From: Nitrospirota bacterium
GTDB lineage: Bacteria; Nitrospirota; UBA9217
DNA length: 64,000 nt
Reading direction: 5' to 3'
NCBI GenBank assembly: GCA_963737155.1
Contig: CAVTRN010000002.1
Span: forward strand, 928,001 to 992,000
Part shown: positions 10,360-21,107 of the stretch, in pieces
Layout: every line of letters begins with the position of its first letter
How positions within the stretch are numbered: the stretch's first letter is position 1
Program-made: the position numbers and the translations under genes
The notes under the pieces: generated by a model
Told to the model about the DNA's origin: nothing
The model's database searches: none
The model's input: the letters and a program-made list of their open reading frames with translations, nothing else

Positions 10360-12168
10360 TCAGGGGAACGTGGACAGTGCCGGTGTATGCGTGACACCGT
10401 GACATACCAGGGTGCAACTCCCGGAGCGAAACCCGTTGTCGGTGAAGATTGGATAGGGATTGCCGGCGACAGCAGTGACGTACCGGGTATCGAAATTTAT
10501 GAGATGGGTATGCGAACCAGAAATCCCGTTGTCCTGTATTCCATGGGGGTCATGACAGATGGAGCAAGGGGTGTTCTGGCCGACGATGTGCATGTTGTGC
10601 CCGCCGGTGCCCGCACTGTTTTCTCTGAAGCTGACGTCCTGCAGGATGCTGGTCCTGTTATGACAGTAGTAGCAGAGCGCGTAAGCGGTTTGGCTTTCAG
10701 GCGTGCCATCCGCCGTTATGTACTGCTGTCTGATGAGCGGGCTGTACTGGGAGCCATGGGAGCCTCGGGGTCCCGGACCGCCGATCGAACGGCTATCGTC
10801 GCTGTCGTGACAATCGGTGCAGTATATTGTACTGCCCGACGTCATCGAAGGTTCATAGATGGAGGGAATGCTTGGTACGTCGACGGTGAGCATGCCTCTC
10901 CCGACGACAGGATGATATGACGGGTTCGTTATCTGGAACGCGATTCGCGTGTCCACGCTCTTGTCGACGCGCGGGATGGGAAGCGATATTGTCTGGGCGC
11001 TCGAACTCGCATGGCACTTAAAGCAGATTTCGTATTCATTCACTGCGTAATTTGGCGGTATGATTGCAGCTCCCGTGATGTCCACGCCGCTAACTTTTCC
11101 CAAGCTGCCGGGGACCGCCGGCGCCGAACCGGCAGGCTGAGAATTTGCGGCGTGGGGGTTATGGCAGTCGACGCATTCCACATGGCCGGTTATCATGAGC
11201 GGGGATTCGCCCGCTTCGTGGTGGTTTGACGTCACACCAATCTCGGTAGCCTCGACCATATGTCGCGACGGCTTTTGAAACTCTGCCTGGATGTTCGTGG
11301 TATCCACATTCCCGTTATGGCAGGGGTAGCAGTTGTCTTCCTCATTTTGGTAGTTTAAGAGCCTCTTCGGCCCTCCGGCGCTGTGGGGAGCATGACAGTT
11401 TTCGCAGCCGTTCTGCTGCACCGTTGACCACCCGAATTCCGTGCCAATACCCGTCCGGGGCCAGGGATTCGGCTGAACGAGGTTCCAGATGGCCGATGAG
11501 GTATTGTGTGGCGTACTCTCCCATCCATTTAGTGCATGGCAGAGGATACATAATCCTGAATTCTGGCTGTTTACGCGCAGGAATTCCTTGTTGGTGTCGT
11601 CATGGGGGTCATGGCAGGTCGTACATTCGATGATTCCATCCCCATAGAAAAGGAGTCCCTGAGGGAGCACCGGAAACAGCTCCGGGTTAGGAAGCGAGCT
11701 GTAATAGGAAAAGGAAACCGGATGGTGATTGGCAAGGGATGTCCCGAAATAAGACGGGCTCGAGACAGGCATCCCGCCTCCGACGGTCATTGAGATCGTT
11801 TCCGAAGGCTCCAGCACCTCTCCAAGTGCAATGGTCCCATCATGACAGCTTAGGCAGAGCCGGGTGGCTCCAGTCGGGCCCGTCGGCGATGGCGGGCTTA
11901 CCATGGTGCTGCTGGTGTAAGGCGTGTACAGGGCGTAATTAACTGCGTCAATATTCTTGTTCCAGAGCGGCGAAAGAGGGTTCGTGTTGTGGGGCGCGTG
12001 GCAGAAAACGCAGATTCTGCTCTCGGTCAGCGCCTTGATCTGGCCAGGGCCGCTGGCAGAAAGGTTATGTTTGCTATAGATGATACTCATTTTCGCATGG
12101 ACCATGGGTGCCGCGAAAACGATGGCAATACACAGCAACACTGACAGAATGCGCGCATGCCTGTTCAT
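10360..12168 (-). CDS. 12-heme c-type cytochrome with an N-terminal OmcE-like tetraheme module
   Basis: Signal peptide; 11 CxxCH plus one CxxxCH; N-terminal KHNLS..CVFCHAPH..PLWN..CLSCHDG..NHHPV. Confidence 0.92.
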   Translation of the reverse strand: MNRHARILSVLLCIAIVFAAPMVHAKMSIIYSKHNLSASGPGQIKALTESRICVFCHAPHNTNPLSPLWNKNIDAVNYALYTPYTSSTMVSPPSPTGPTGATRLCLSCHDGTIALGEVLEPSETISMTVGGGMPVSSPSYFGTSLANHHPVSFSYYSSLPNPELFPVLPQGLLFYGDGIIECTTCHDPHDDTNKEFLRVNSQNSGLCILCHALNGWESTPHNTSSAIWNLVQPNPWPRTGIGTEFGWSTVQQNGCENCHAPHSAGGPKRLLNYQNEEDNCYPCHNGNVDTTNIQAEFQKPSRHMVEATEIGVTSNHHEAGESPLMITGHVECVDCHNPHAANSQPAGSAPAVPGSLGKVSGVDITGAAIIPPNYAVNEYEICFKCHASSSAQTISLPIPRVDKSVDTRIAFQITNPSYHPVVGRGMLTVDVPSIPSIYEPSMTSGSTIYCTDCHDSDDSRSIGGPGPRGSHGSQYSPLIRQQYITADGTPESQTAYALCYYCHNRTSILQDVSFRENSAGTGGHNMHIVGQNTPCSICHDPHGIQDNGISGSHTHLINFDTRYVTAVAGNPYPIFTDNGFRSGSCTLVCHGVTHTPALSTFP

Positions 12169-13211
12169 TGATGGACCCCCGTCATTATGATAATTTGCAC
12201 CCGCTCATTATAAGTATCACATACAAAGAGCTTGCCCTGATCGTTCAGATACAATCCCGTTGGCAAAGTGAACTCCCCCGGTCCGTCGCCGCGTCTGCCG
12301 ATTGTAAATAGAAATTTGCCAGACTCGTCGAACAGCTGGATATTGTCGAACAGGGTATCGACAACATATATAACGCCGTAACGGTCTACGGCAATTCCTT
12401 TCGGCATGGCGAAATCGCCGGAGCCGTTGCCGTGATGGCCGAAGGAAGACAGAAAAGCGCCCGAATCATCGAATATCTGGACCCTGAAATTCATGGCATC
12501 GACCACGTACAGCTTTCCACTGGGCGCGATGGTGATATGGGTGGGATAATTAAGCTGGCCGTTCTTATCCCCTGGTTCGCCGAAGGAGGAGAGGAATGTT
12601 CCCTCCTTCGAATAGGCATACACCTTATCGGCGAGCGTATCAACGACAAATAAAACCTTTTTTCTAGGAGAATAGGCCAGGCCTGTCGGCCTCAGAAGGG
12701 GGATATCCCCGGCTTTTTTTATAGTAAAGAGGTGTTTGCCTGCCCGATCAAACACGTATATCGCACGATTGGCCGAATCCGATACGTACAGCTTCAAATC
12801 ATCGTCGAACACAACGCTCACCGGGACACGCAGCTGCTCCTTGCCAACACTGGTGATTTTCCGGTAGCTTTTCTCCGCTGGGACATAAAGATGGATGCAT
12901 GGCTGGCCTGTGTCGGCTATAGCCATCCTGCCGTCCCCGCCGACGGCGACTGCGACAGGACGTAGTATCCTGGTGTCATTTGCTTGTCTTCCAAACACCA
13001 GGAAACGTACAGTTTCCGACATCGAGGTTCCCGTTTCTGTGAAGTTCCGAATCGTCATTTCCTGGCGAGCAATGGGGGTTTTCGCGGAATCATACCACAC
13101 GACAGGTTCCTTGGGGATATCAGTCGCGGGCGACCATGATGTGGCGCATCCGGAGAAAAACATAGCGGTCGCGCAGAACGCGGTAAAAAGTTCTACCAGA
13201 TATTTCGTCAT
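12165..13211 (-). CDS. NHL-repeat beta-propeller lipoprotein
   Basis: Lipobox FSGC; repeated P.GIA.D..G..YV.D..N.R(I/V)Q.F units. Confidence 0.9.
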   Translation of the reverse strand: MTKYLVELFTAFCATAMFFSGCATSWSPATDIPKEPVVWYDSAKTPIARQEMTIRNFTETGTSMSETVRFLVFGRQANDTRILRPVAVAVGGDGRMAIADTGQPCIHLYVPAEKSYRKITSVGKEQLRVPVSVVFDDDLKLYVSDSANRAIYVFDRAGKHLFTIKKAGDIPLLRPTGLAYSPRKKVLFVVDTLADKVYAYSKEGTFLSSFGEPGDKNGQLNYPTHITIAPSGKLYVVDAMNFRVQIFDDSGAFLSSFGHHGNGSGDFAMPKGIAVDRYGVIYVVDTLFDNIQLFDESGKFLFTIGRRGDGPGEFTLPTGLYLNDQGKLFVCDTYNERVQIIIMTGVHQ

Positions 13212-13411
13212 TTTTTGCCTTGCTTACTCCTCTTCATGGCACCGGTAAAATTCCTGATGCTTCCCCAAAGAGCTGTTATTCCCGCCAATTGCGCGTTGGA
13301 TCCATCCCGGGAGAGCAGTGTTTCCGGAGGAGCCTGCAGCCATCGCAAGAGCACCGGGGTGGTGCAGTGCGACAGCGTCGATCAATCCGCTGTAGCATTG
13401 ATTGACGCGGA

Positions 13412-14221
13412 TTATTTTTTATCCGGCTCCTTTTGTGCCGCGTCATCCATAATCTCGATTGTCGCGTTTTTTCTCAGATCGTCGGACCACACCTGAAAAC
13501 GTTTCATTATCTCTATGGTCTTGAGCTTTTTTGCGATTTCGGGTTTGGCTTCCTCGTACGTCATTTGCCTCTCAGGCGTGTCTCCGGATGCCGGGACGAC
13601 AAATTCCTTTTTCCGGCTATCGTATTCCTTTCGCATATCCTCGTCGGATATGCTCACCTTATCAATCACATCCTGTTTCACGATCAGCTGCATGAGAAAG
13701 ATCCGCCTGACTTGGTCGCGCACGTCCGATGGCGTGAGGTCATGTTCTTTCAGGTATTTCTGGTACCCTGCTTCATGCCCGAGATTCCTGATGACCTTGT
13801 CCATCGCTTTGTCGATTTGCATATCATTGACCTTCAATCCCCGGCGGGTCGCTTCCTGGACTGCCAGTTCCTGAAGCACCAATTCATCAAGCGCAATCTT
13901 TCTCACCGACTCCGGCGTCGCCGGATGCGCTGTGTCAGATATGCGGGAAGTCAGGCGGCCCACTATTGGGCTCAGCATGTCGCTGTATAATGCAACGCCA
14001 TTGACCTTCGCGACGACGTATTTCCGTGTCTCCTGCTTCGCCGCTTGCGGGGGCGGCGAAGGCTGTTCGTGCATACGCGGCTGCGTTGCGCAAGCGGTGA
14101 ATAGGAACACGGCGGCAAAAAAGGGGATCACGGACTTGCTACGGTAATAAAAAGATTTCAAGGTAATCCTCCTGAAAAGGTGCATTTCGCTGAGTGCACC
14201 GGTATGTTGCCCTCCCTGCAC
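13412..14221 (-). CDS. SurA/PrsA N-domain chaperone-like lipoprotein (start uncertain)
   Basis: FTAC lipobox; VVAKVNG, LAVQEA..RG and LRKNATIEI; no parvulin domain visible. Confidence 0.8.
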   Translation of the reverse strand: MQGGQHTGALSEMHLFRRITLKSFYYRSKSVIPFFAAVFLFTACATQPRMHEQPSPPPQAAKQETRKYVVAKVNGVALYSDMLSPIVGRLTSRISDTAHPATPESVRKIALDELVLQELAVQEATRRGLKVNDMQIDKAMDKVIRNLGHEAGYQKYLKEHDLTPSDVRDQVRRIFLMQLIVKQDVIDKVSISDEDMRKEYDSRKKEFVVPASGDTPERQMTYEEAKPEIAKKLKTIEIMKRFQVWSDDLRKNATIEIMDDAAQKEPDKK

Positions 14222-14300
14222 ATCCCTTGCACGGGAGGTAGCAGGCCGGGCGCTTCTTGATCGATTTTAGTCTCGCGATGAACCGAGCGTTTCCCTAATA

Positions 14301-16352
14301 TTAGAACAGGCTTCTGGTCAGAGTCAAATAATAATACTGAGACATGAGTGAGGTTTCCCCCAATGAAGACAACGAGTCGAGTCGGTTATATTGCGCCCCC
14401 ATATTCACCGATAGCAAGCCTATACGCCATGTCAGATTGGAGTTCAGCGTCGTCGAATTAGAATTAGTGAGGGATCGGGTGATAAAATAGGAACCCGTTA
14501 AATTAAAGCTCAGGTTGTTTTCCAAAAACAGTTTGCTCAACCTCAAATCCGACCCCTCCAGTTTTTGCTGGTAACCCGTGCTGGTGAATATTGACGATGA
14601 TGATGCGTAGTAGTCGGTCACTATATAGGACAGGTCGGCAGAAACGGTGACGCTCTGGCCCTGGCCGAAGTGGTCTTGATACGCAGCCTGGTATTTCCAT
14701 TGGGCGTAAGGATACACCTGGGAACGGTAGCTGGTATGTTCTACTGTTGCGGAAAAGGGCCCGTAAATAGACATAATACCGGCGACCTGGTCGATGACAT
14801 TGTCTGACCCCCCTGCGATTGATCCGGATGTTACAGTTTGTCTTACGACTTGATAACTGTAGTAGGGGCTCAGCAGACGATGCAGGAGGTCTGCCTTGAG
14901 CGAGTAACCCTCTGTATATGTCTTTAACTGTGCTCCTTGTTGCAGCGAGTAGGACACATGAAATTCATATGAATAGTTCGGATTGACTTGGGGCGTCGTT
15001 AGGGGCGGAGACACGCTTATGATGGTTATCTGGGTGGCGGTGCCGAGATGGCTGATCTGGTAATTACTGAGTGGCGATAAGGTCACTAAAAGGCCGGTGG
15101 TAGGATCGAGAACCTGGATCACAATCGTGTTTTCGATGGGATTCAGCTGAAGCAGGGAAAATGTATTGGCCGGCGGAGTAACCGTGGTGTTATGCGTTTC
15201 GTTGATTACTACTGGAGTTCCGTTGGAATCAGAATCGGCTTGCGAGTACAAGACGCTGCCGGCGATCCTGCCGGACGGAATCCACTTCGTATAGGTGCTA
15301 TTGATCGTGTCGATCTTCGTGACGGTATCACCTGACGGGGAGACCATGGAAATGTCGTTATAGGTGAAGTTCGTCACCAGACTATTGTAGAGACGATGGG
15401 AGAGGTTTAAGTAGGTGGTGTTGGTCCTGTCGAACGTCGCGGTTGGCGGTAATGTCGACGACGCTTCCGTGGTCAGGTCGTTTTCATCCTGGTATTGATA
15501 GGAAGCAGCGGCGTTGAAGTTCCAGAATAGAGGCATGTTCAGGTTCTCCGTCCAGTTTTCGATGTCGGTTTTGTAGTCCTGGATATTGACAGACTGCTGG
15601 TTTGTCAGCGCCCTGTCGTAGTGGCTATCCAGCGTGTCCCCGAAAAGACGGATGGTATTGACGAAACTGTAAAATTGCCGATCGGTGTTAACGTTGTAAG
15701 ACGACGAGGATTGGGAGTCTGAATATTGCGCCGCGTTCGACGTTACCCGGGTATTATAATTGGCGCTGAGGCGGTATATGTCCGTATTCGTCCTGTTCGG
15801 TCCCAGATCGGTCGAAGTATCGTCATAGCTTGCGACGAAATTCACAGGCTTTTCCTTATAGCGAATGCTCCCGCCCTCGCTGTCGATCGAAGACCGTTGA
15901 AATTCAAAGAATGATTGGGGCGCTGACGCTGATTGATGGAGTGCGTAAAGCTCGAGGTTATAGGGATGCTCCGGAAGAAAGACCGTTCTCAGATTATAAT
16001 CGACGTCGCCTGAAGTCGAACGGGAGGGATTTGTCGTATAATTCCCGGTAATGTCCCATTGGTTTAAGTATCCTGTTACCTTAGCCGTGAATATTTCAAA
16101 CCTCGGGTGGTATATGAATCCCTCCATCTCGGTGCTGATGTCTTCGCGTAAAAACGTGCCCGATGCTTCTAGCTTTTTGCCGTTTGTCGTGTATTCATCG
16201 GTTTGGGATGTAGCGTTGATCCCCAGGCTTGCGTCACTTTTCATGATCTGGGGAGTAAACGTTAGCTCGTCAGCCCTTGACGCGGAAAGAGGGGGCAGAA
16301 GAATAGATACGAGCGTGGCGCAGGCAATGCCTGTCAGAAGATACCCTCGCAT
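14301..16352 (-). CDS. Outer-membrane beta-barrel protein (porin/secretion channel of the cytochrome cluster)
   Basis: Signal peptide, Tyr/Ser/Thr/Asn-rich amphipathic strands, GFIYHPR motif, C-terminal Phe. Confidence 0.75.
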   Translation of the reverse strand: MRGYLLTGIACATLVSILLPPLSASRADELTFTPQIMKSDASLGINATSQTDEYTTNGKKLEASGTFLREDISTEMEGFIYHPRFEIFTAKVTGYLNQWDITGNYTTNPSRSTSGDVDYNLRTVFLPEHPYNLELYALHQSASAPQSFFEFQRSSIDSEGGSIRYKEKPVNFVASYDDTSTDLGPNRTNTDIYRLSANYNTRVTSNAAQYSDSQSSSSYNVNTDRQFYSFVNTIRLFGDTLDSHYDRALTNQQSVNIQDYKTDIENWTENLNMPLFWNFNAAASYQYQDENDLTTEASSTLPPTATFDRTNTTYLNLSHRLYNSLVTNFTYNDISMVSPSGDTVTKIDTINSTYTKWIPSGRIAGSVLYSQADSDSNGTPVVINETHNTTVTPPANTFSLLQLNPIENTIVIQVLDPTTGLLVTLSPLSNYQISHLGTATQITIISVSPPLTTPQVNPNYSYEFHVSYSLQQGAQLKTYTEGYSLKADLLHRLLSPYYSYQVVRQTVTSGSIAGGSDNVIDQVAGIMSIYGPFSATVEHTSYRSQVYPYAQWKYQAAYQDHFGQGQSVTVSADLSYIVTDYYASSSSIFTSTGYQQKLEGSDLRLSKLFLENNLSFNLTGSYFITRSLTNSNSTTLNSNLTWRIGLLSVNMGAQYNRLDSLSSLGETSLMSQYYYLTLTRSLF

Positions 16353-16754
16353 GACGGTTTTCCGTTACTCCTTTTTTCGTTTTCGGAAACTGTGCGCACC
16401 CTGGTGAAACGCCACGCTTGCGTCACATCGCAATTCCCGCCGGCGCTCTTTCAAATTCCGCCAGACCACCGAGGACAGCCTGCCTACCGCAGGGCTTCAT
16501 ATGAACTGGCACTGATTTTCCAGAACGGATTTTTCCCCGTTCTTATAGGTACTTATCGGCAGTTTGACGAAATTCTTAAGTACAAAAATGGAACAACCCT
16601 CTCCGTCCGTTCCTATCCACACCGCAATCTGCGCAATAAATCCGGAAGTTGAGCGGGGATGGTCGTCCAAACCATGCCTCGTTTTAGTACCGGAGGCCGA
16701 TTGATCGTACCCGGCTATTCTTCCACTCCGCAATTAATTGCGTACCCTGCGGAG

Positions 16755-17297
16755 TTATTGCAGCATATAATCATTGTCCGAGGCGTGCGGGTTATGGCAT
16801 TCGGTGCATTGCGTTCCCGCAGCGTCCTTGTGGACCTCTCTCGAACTTACATCGGCCTTGTCGTGGCAATAGAAACAGAATGTCGTTGGTTCGGCAACCA
16901 GGAGATAGGCTTTCCCCGATCCGTGGGGATTATGACAGACGATGCAGCCTCCCGATGCGACGGGCCCGTGAATATGCTTTTTATGGATATTGAGATCATG
17001 GCAGTTGAGGCACAGACGCTCAACGGGCATGATCAGTTGACCGCCCCCCTTTCTGTGGCAGGCTTCGCACATTTTCGCTGCGTAAGGGCCGTGCGATTTC
17101 ACCGTAGATTTGTCAAGAGCAGCGAGAGTTGATTTGCTCCCTTTCCCCGGCCCGGATTGGTTACCCGCCTGCCCTTCCGCCGGGACGCCGTCGAAAAAAA
17201 AGCTCAGTGTCTTGTACCGGGTCTCGGATGAGCACCCGGTAAGTGCGATGAGTATCGCCATGCTGATAATGTGCGTTAATTGCACGAACTGCTTCAT
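16755..17297 (-). CDS. Pentaheme c-type cytochrome lipoprotein
   Basis: Lipobox LTGC, FFFDGVP, 5 CxxCH. Confidence 0.9.
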   Translation of the reverse strand: MKQFVQLTHIISMAILIALTGCSSETRYKTLSFFFDGVPAEGQAGNQSGPGKGSKSTLAALDKSTVKSHGPYAAKMCEACHRKGGGQLIMPVERLCLNCHDLNIHKKHIHGPVASGGCIVCHNPHGSGKAYLLVAEPTTFCFYCHDKADVSSREVHKDAAGTQCTECHNPHASDNDYMLQ

Positions 17298-17299
17298 TG

Positions 17300-18502
17300 T
17301 TATTTACTAGTGGGCTCGCTCTTATTTTCGGGGACTCGCTCCTGCAAGGCTTTCTGCATTCTTTCTTTCAGCAGTTTCAGGAGCTCCGCATCCGACGGAT
17401 ACTGCTTCCCCCGTTCCTTGCCCGCTGCGTAGATGCCGATCATCTTGCTTCCAAACTGGTTGGCAACAATGATGAGATGATCGATCTCGAAATTCGGATC
17501 TGCGAATTTCTGGAAGTACGGGATATCGTCATAATCCATAATAATTTGGGAGGGAAGGTTCATGTCTCCCGGATTGTATCCGGTAGTGCCGAAAAAGAGC
17601 AGGAGATAGCCTTCCGGGCTGAATATCTGCACGTTGCCAAAGGCCGCATCGACAGCGTAGAGATCGTCCTTTCGATCGAGGGCGATGCCGCGTGGCCGGG
17701 CGAAGCGGCCGGACTCCGCGCCCAATCCCCCAATTGACCCCAGAAAATGACCATCCCGGTCATATTGCATGATCTGGAATCTGCCGGCATCGGACACGAA
17801 CAGATGTCCCAGCGAGTTAAAGGAAATGTTCGTTGGCCGGGACAACACTCCAGCCGGATCACCGGTATTTCCCATGTACCTATTGACGGTGCCTTTTTTC
17901 CTGTCCATGACCACGATTCGTGAATTTTCGATATCCGCCACATAGAGTTCGTCCTGATAGGGCACTGCGTCAACAGGCTTCCAGGTCCCGGGCATGCCGA
18001 ACGAACCGACGTAAAAATCGTTTTTATCGAAGACTACAACCTCGCTCCTCACGGGATCGGAGACGTACTTCAGGCCATCGGGTGCTATGCGTATGTTCAC
18101 GGGCTGGACCAGTTTTCCCATGCCCTGAGCGCCCTGTAGCCCGCCGTAGGTCCTTTTTGCAAGGTCAAAGATTATGACACCCTGGTTGAGGTCGCAGACG
18201 TAGATCTTGCCGCCCCACGTCGCTATACCGTAGGGTTTGTCAAGCCTTCGGTCGCTTGCTGATGAGCCGGTAATGAAAGCTTCGAAAGCTGATTTTTTCC
18301 TGGCGATGTCCTTTTCTCCGGTCAAGGAGGTGAGGTACTGGATCCGGGGCAGTTCAGGCGGGCTGGGGAAAAATACCTCTGCCTCCTTTGGCTTTGGAGC
18401 GGAGGCGCATGCTGATAGGAATAGGAACAGGACGCTGACGATAAATAAGTGTTTCTGTATGGTGTTTTTCAACGAGTAAAGCCTTTCTCCATGGATTTCC
18501 AC
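17300..18502 (-). CDS. NHL-repeat beta-propeller lipoprotein
   Basis: Lipobox LSAC; NHL repeats (RPRGIALDRKDDLYAVD). Confidence 0.88.
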   Translation of the reverse strand: MEIHGERLYSLKNTIQKHLFIVSVLFLFLSACASAPKPKEAEVFFPSPPELPRIQYLTSLTGEKDIARKKSAFEAFITGSSASDRRLDKPYGIATWGGKIYVCDLNQGVIIFDLAKRTYGGLQGAQGMGKLVQPVNIRIAPDGLKYVSDPVRSEVVVFDKNDFYVGSFGMPGTWKPVDAVPYQDELYVADIENSRIVVMDRKKGTVNRYMGNTGDPAGVLSRPTNISFNSLGHLFVSDAGRFQIMQYDRDGHFLGSIGGLGAESGRFARPRGIALDRKDDLYAVDAAFGNVQIFSPEGYLLLFFGTTGYNPGDMNLPSQIIMDYDDIPYFQKFADPNFEIDHLIIVANQFGSKMIGIYAAGKERGKQYPSDAELLKLLKERMQKALQERVPENKSEPTSK

Positions 18503-18624
18503 TCATGATGAGGACGGAATCCAATGCCTGCATCGAATAATGGCATCATGACGTGGCAGTAGCGGCTGGGTGGCCAATGGTCAACGATTTTCATCATCAA
18601 TTTTTTTATAATACGAAAAAACAG

Positions 18625-19235
18625 AGCCTGTCGCACAAATCACTCAATATTAAGAATAATGTAGTATTGGCTTTCACGCAGATGAGGAGATACACGATGG
18701 CCTTCAGTTTCAAAGAATGTAACCAGGATCAAGTTTATCTCCTGTCGCCCAGCTTGCGGGAACGGCTGCCACCCAAGGACACTATTTGCTCGTCCTTGAA
18801 GTCGTGGTGGAGGTGGCCTTTGCGGCATTCTATCGGGAAGCCGCCACATCATCGCCGTCCCGAGACCGGATACCGAAAGATCTGACACTCCGGCAGCGGA
18901 TGGAGCGTAAGCTCCTGACCAAGCGAATATAAGACTCTATCTATAAGGCATGAGGCCAGACTGTCGAACCGGTCTTTGGTCAGACCGAAGACAATCGCGG
19001 TATCCGGCATAATATGCGCCGGGGGCTTGAAGCATGCTCCCAGAGGAGTGAAAACTTCACTGCGCGACACACAATTTGCCGAGGCTTTAGCGAAGCGTCA
19101 AAGGAATCACATCTCAGATGGCAACATACAGGACCAACGCGGTCACTTATTCAGGCCGTAGCTTTCGCCAATATGTTTAATATCTGCCTGGTAACGTCCC
19201 ATTTGGACGATCATAGACGGCTTGTGCGTCAGGCT
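18625..19235 (+). mobile_element. Internally deleted IS1182-family insertion sequence remnant
   Basis: 14-bp terminal inverted repeats with one mismatch (AGCCTGTCGCACAA / TTGTGCGTCAGGCT). Broken transposase N-terminus (FKECNQDQVYLLSPSLRERLP) and C-terminus (RQRMERKLLT..TVEPVFGQ). Confidence 0.75.
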
Positions 19236-19506
19236 TTAATATAGGTAAGCTAGTATATATAACACGGTAATTTGTAATTTTCAATACCAAATTTTTTCGC
19301 AAGCCACAGTGTCGTTTCCCGTTGAGATGTAGCTGGCCAGCCCGATGGTCGGATGATTTGTGATTTTGATCACCGAGAGCAATCCCGATATTGAGTTATA
19401 CTGAAATATTTCCCTCCGGATCCAGGCGGCCAAAATCACCGGAACGGTGAGTAAGGATTTTCTTATTTGATCGAAAGGACATATATGATGTTCGAAGGAA
19501 CAGTCT

Positions 19507-19545
19507 AAAAAAAAAGAGGGGGATGAAATTCATCCCCCTCTTTTT
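19507..19545. terminator. Intrinsic terminator after the omcE-like gene
   Basis: A9-GAGGGGGATG-aaatt-CATCCCCCTC-T5. Confidence 0.85.
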
Positions 19546-19556
19546 CGATACTGATC

Positions 19557-20327
19557 TTACTTGTTATGGCAGGTGAAGCAAAGGGCGCTATTTGTATCCT
19601 GCACCCAGGTGAACTTCACGCCTTGGGCCTTGGTGTTGTGAACATCATGGCAGGAGCTGCATTCCATCATTCCATTCCAAAGAAGGTCATTGATGGTGAT
19701 GCCGTAGGGGTTCGGACCGCCTATCGGTGTGTCAGCATTGTTGATTTCATCATCAACTGCTGCAACGGCATTGTAATCGAAACCGATGGGATGATGGTTC
19801 GCCAGGTTTCCGCCGCCGCCGATGAGGATTCTACCAGAAGCCATGACATTGCCGGTATTATGCGAAGGTGAAACTCCACCATCAAAATTACCATAGGTGC
19901 TGATGGCGACTGAACCGTCATGGCAGCTGAGGCAGAGTCTCGAAACGCTGCCGGGCTGACCGATAGTAGAAGCTGCGTTATTTTGCTCGTTAATCAAGTT
20001 AGGAGTAACACTGCCGGACGAATAGAGCGTATAGTTTGTCACTTGCGTCAAGCCATGGTTCCAGAGCGGGTAGTAGGTGGCATAGGCAGTAAGGCCCAGG
20101 TTAGCGATATCAGTCGTGCTGGCCGTATGATGCGGTGCATGGCAATAGATACAAATTCGATCCAGTGTGGGATCGGCTAACGTGCCAGCACCCCACTGCG
20201 CGCCTACTCCACTCGTGCTGCTCAGATCATGGGAGGTTCCCTTAATGCCGGTTCCGGGGTTAGCACCGGCCATCGCGTAGCCGGCCAGGGCAAGAACCAA
20301 ACCGACAGCTAGTATAGTTCTTTTCAT
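19557..20327 (-). CDS. OmcE-like tetraheme cytochrome c (candidate nanowire subunit)
   Basis: Signal peptide and the motif order of Geobacter OmcE as recalled: IK.T.HDLS, CIYCHAPH, PLWN, TLYSS, CLSCHDG, NHHPIGF, ECSSCHDVH, terminal LCFTCHNK. Confidence 0.85.
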   Translation of the reverse strand: MKRTILAVGLVLALAGYAMAGANPGTGIKGTSHDLSSTSGVGAQWGAGTLADPTLDRICIYCHAPHHTASTTDIANLGLTAYATYYPLWNHGLTQVTNYTLYSSGSVTPNLINEQNNAASTIGQPGSVSRLCLSCHDGSVAISTYGNFDGGVSPSHNTGNVMASGRILIGGGGNLANHHPIGFDYNAVAAVDDEINNADTPIGGPNPYGITINDLLWNGMMECSSCHDVHNTKAQGVKFTWVQDTNSALCFTCHNK

Positions 20328-20512
20328 TACATGTTCTCCTTTTTCCCCTACCTTTTTGTAAAGGCAAGGGTAATATGTAGGGTTGCCTCTTCAGGACAAC
20401 TCCTCACTTTAGTCAAAATTCTCTTGATTCAATTAATCGGTTTTGTCTTCTTCCGTATTCCCCCGAACACGAAGTGAAGACATCTTGCTGTGGCAGGCTT
20501 GCCAGACATACT

Positions 20513-20529
20513 AGCAAAAGCAGTGCCAG
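20513..20529 (-). promoter_or_regulatory. sigma54 promoter of the omcE-like gene
   Basis: The minus strand reads CTGGCAC-TGCTT-TTGCT, a consensus match. Confidence 0.8.
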
Positions 20530-21091
20530 AATAAAAAATGAAATTTAATAGGTACTTAATTGATATGTGTATACTGGCAGACCGTGAAATGACCATGTGG
20601 TGGCGATATGGCTGATAGTAAATTCAATATATATAAAACCAAGTTCGCGGATAAGTTGCGCAGATGTAATCAGTCGTTTATTTTACGATAGAACATTAAG
20701 AATATAATAGATCAATAACTTAAAGAATAAGAATTTCGGGAAGTTTTTATAGAAAAAATAAATGCATTGGGTTGATTGAAGGGATTGGCGAGTGATTAGT
20801 GCATCACAAGATCAGGCTTCGCTCGATTATTACGATACGGTTATTTTGGAAATCATCCAGGCGAAGTACGCTTCATTATAGAAGGAAAGGAGAATAAAGC
20901 AAAATATGGATGTGGTGAAATGGCTGAGTGCCTTAGGTGTAAATGCCATTTCCCGCTTATTTCGGAACACCGAATTGAATTTTAAAACACATCCTAGAGA
21001 TGATTCTTACTTTTAAAAATGATTTTAATTACAACACGTTGCTCGTTTATTTTCTGCCTTTTCCACTGATATTTTGTGTAGCGCAATTATG

Positions 21092-21107
21092 TGGCATCGT
21101 TTGTGCA
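21092..21107 (+). promoter_or_regulatory. Putative sigma54 promoter of the large octaheme gene
   Basis: TGGCAT-CGTTT-GTGCA (GG-N10-GC). Confidence 0.6.

Noticed and set aside
10034-10402. 122-aa plus-strand ORF
   Set aside because: It has no RBS or motif and overlaps the cytochrome 3' end on the opposite strand.
20328-20510. GEMM (c-di-GMP/cGAMP) riboswitch ahead of the omcE-like gene
   Set aside because: Hairpins are present, but I could not find the GEMM-I consensus elements by eye.
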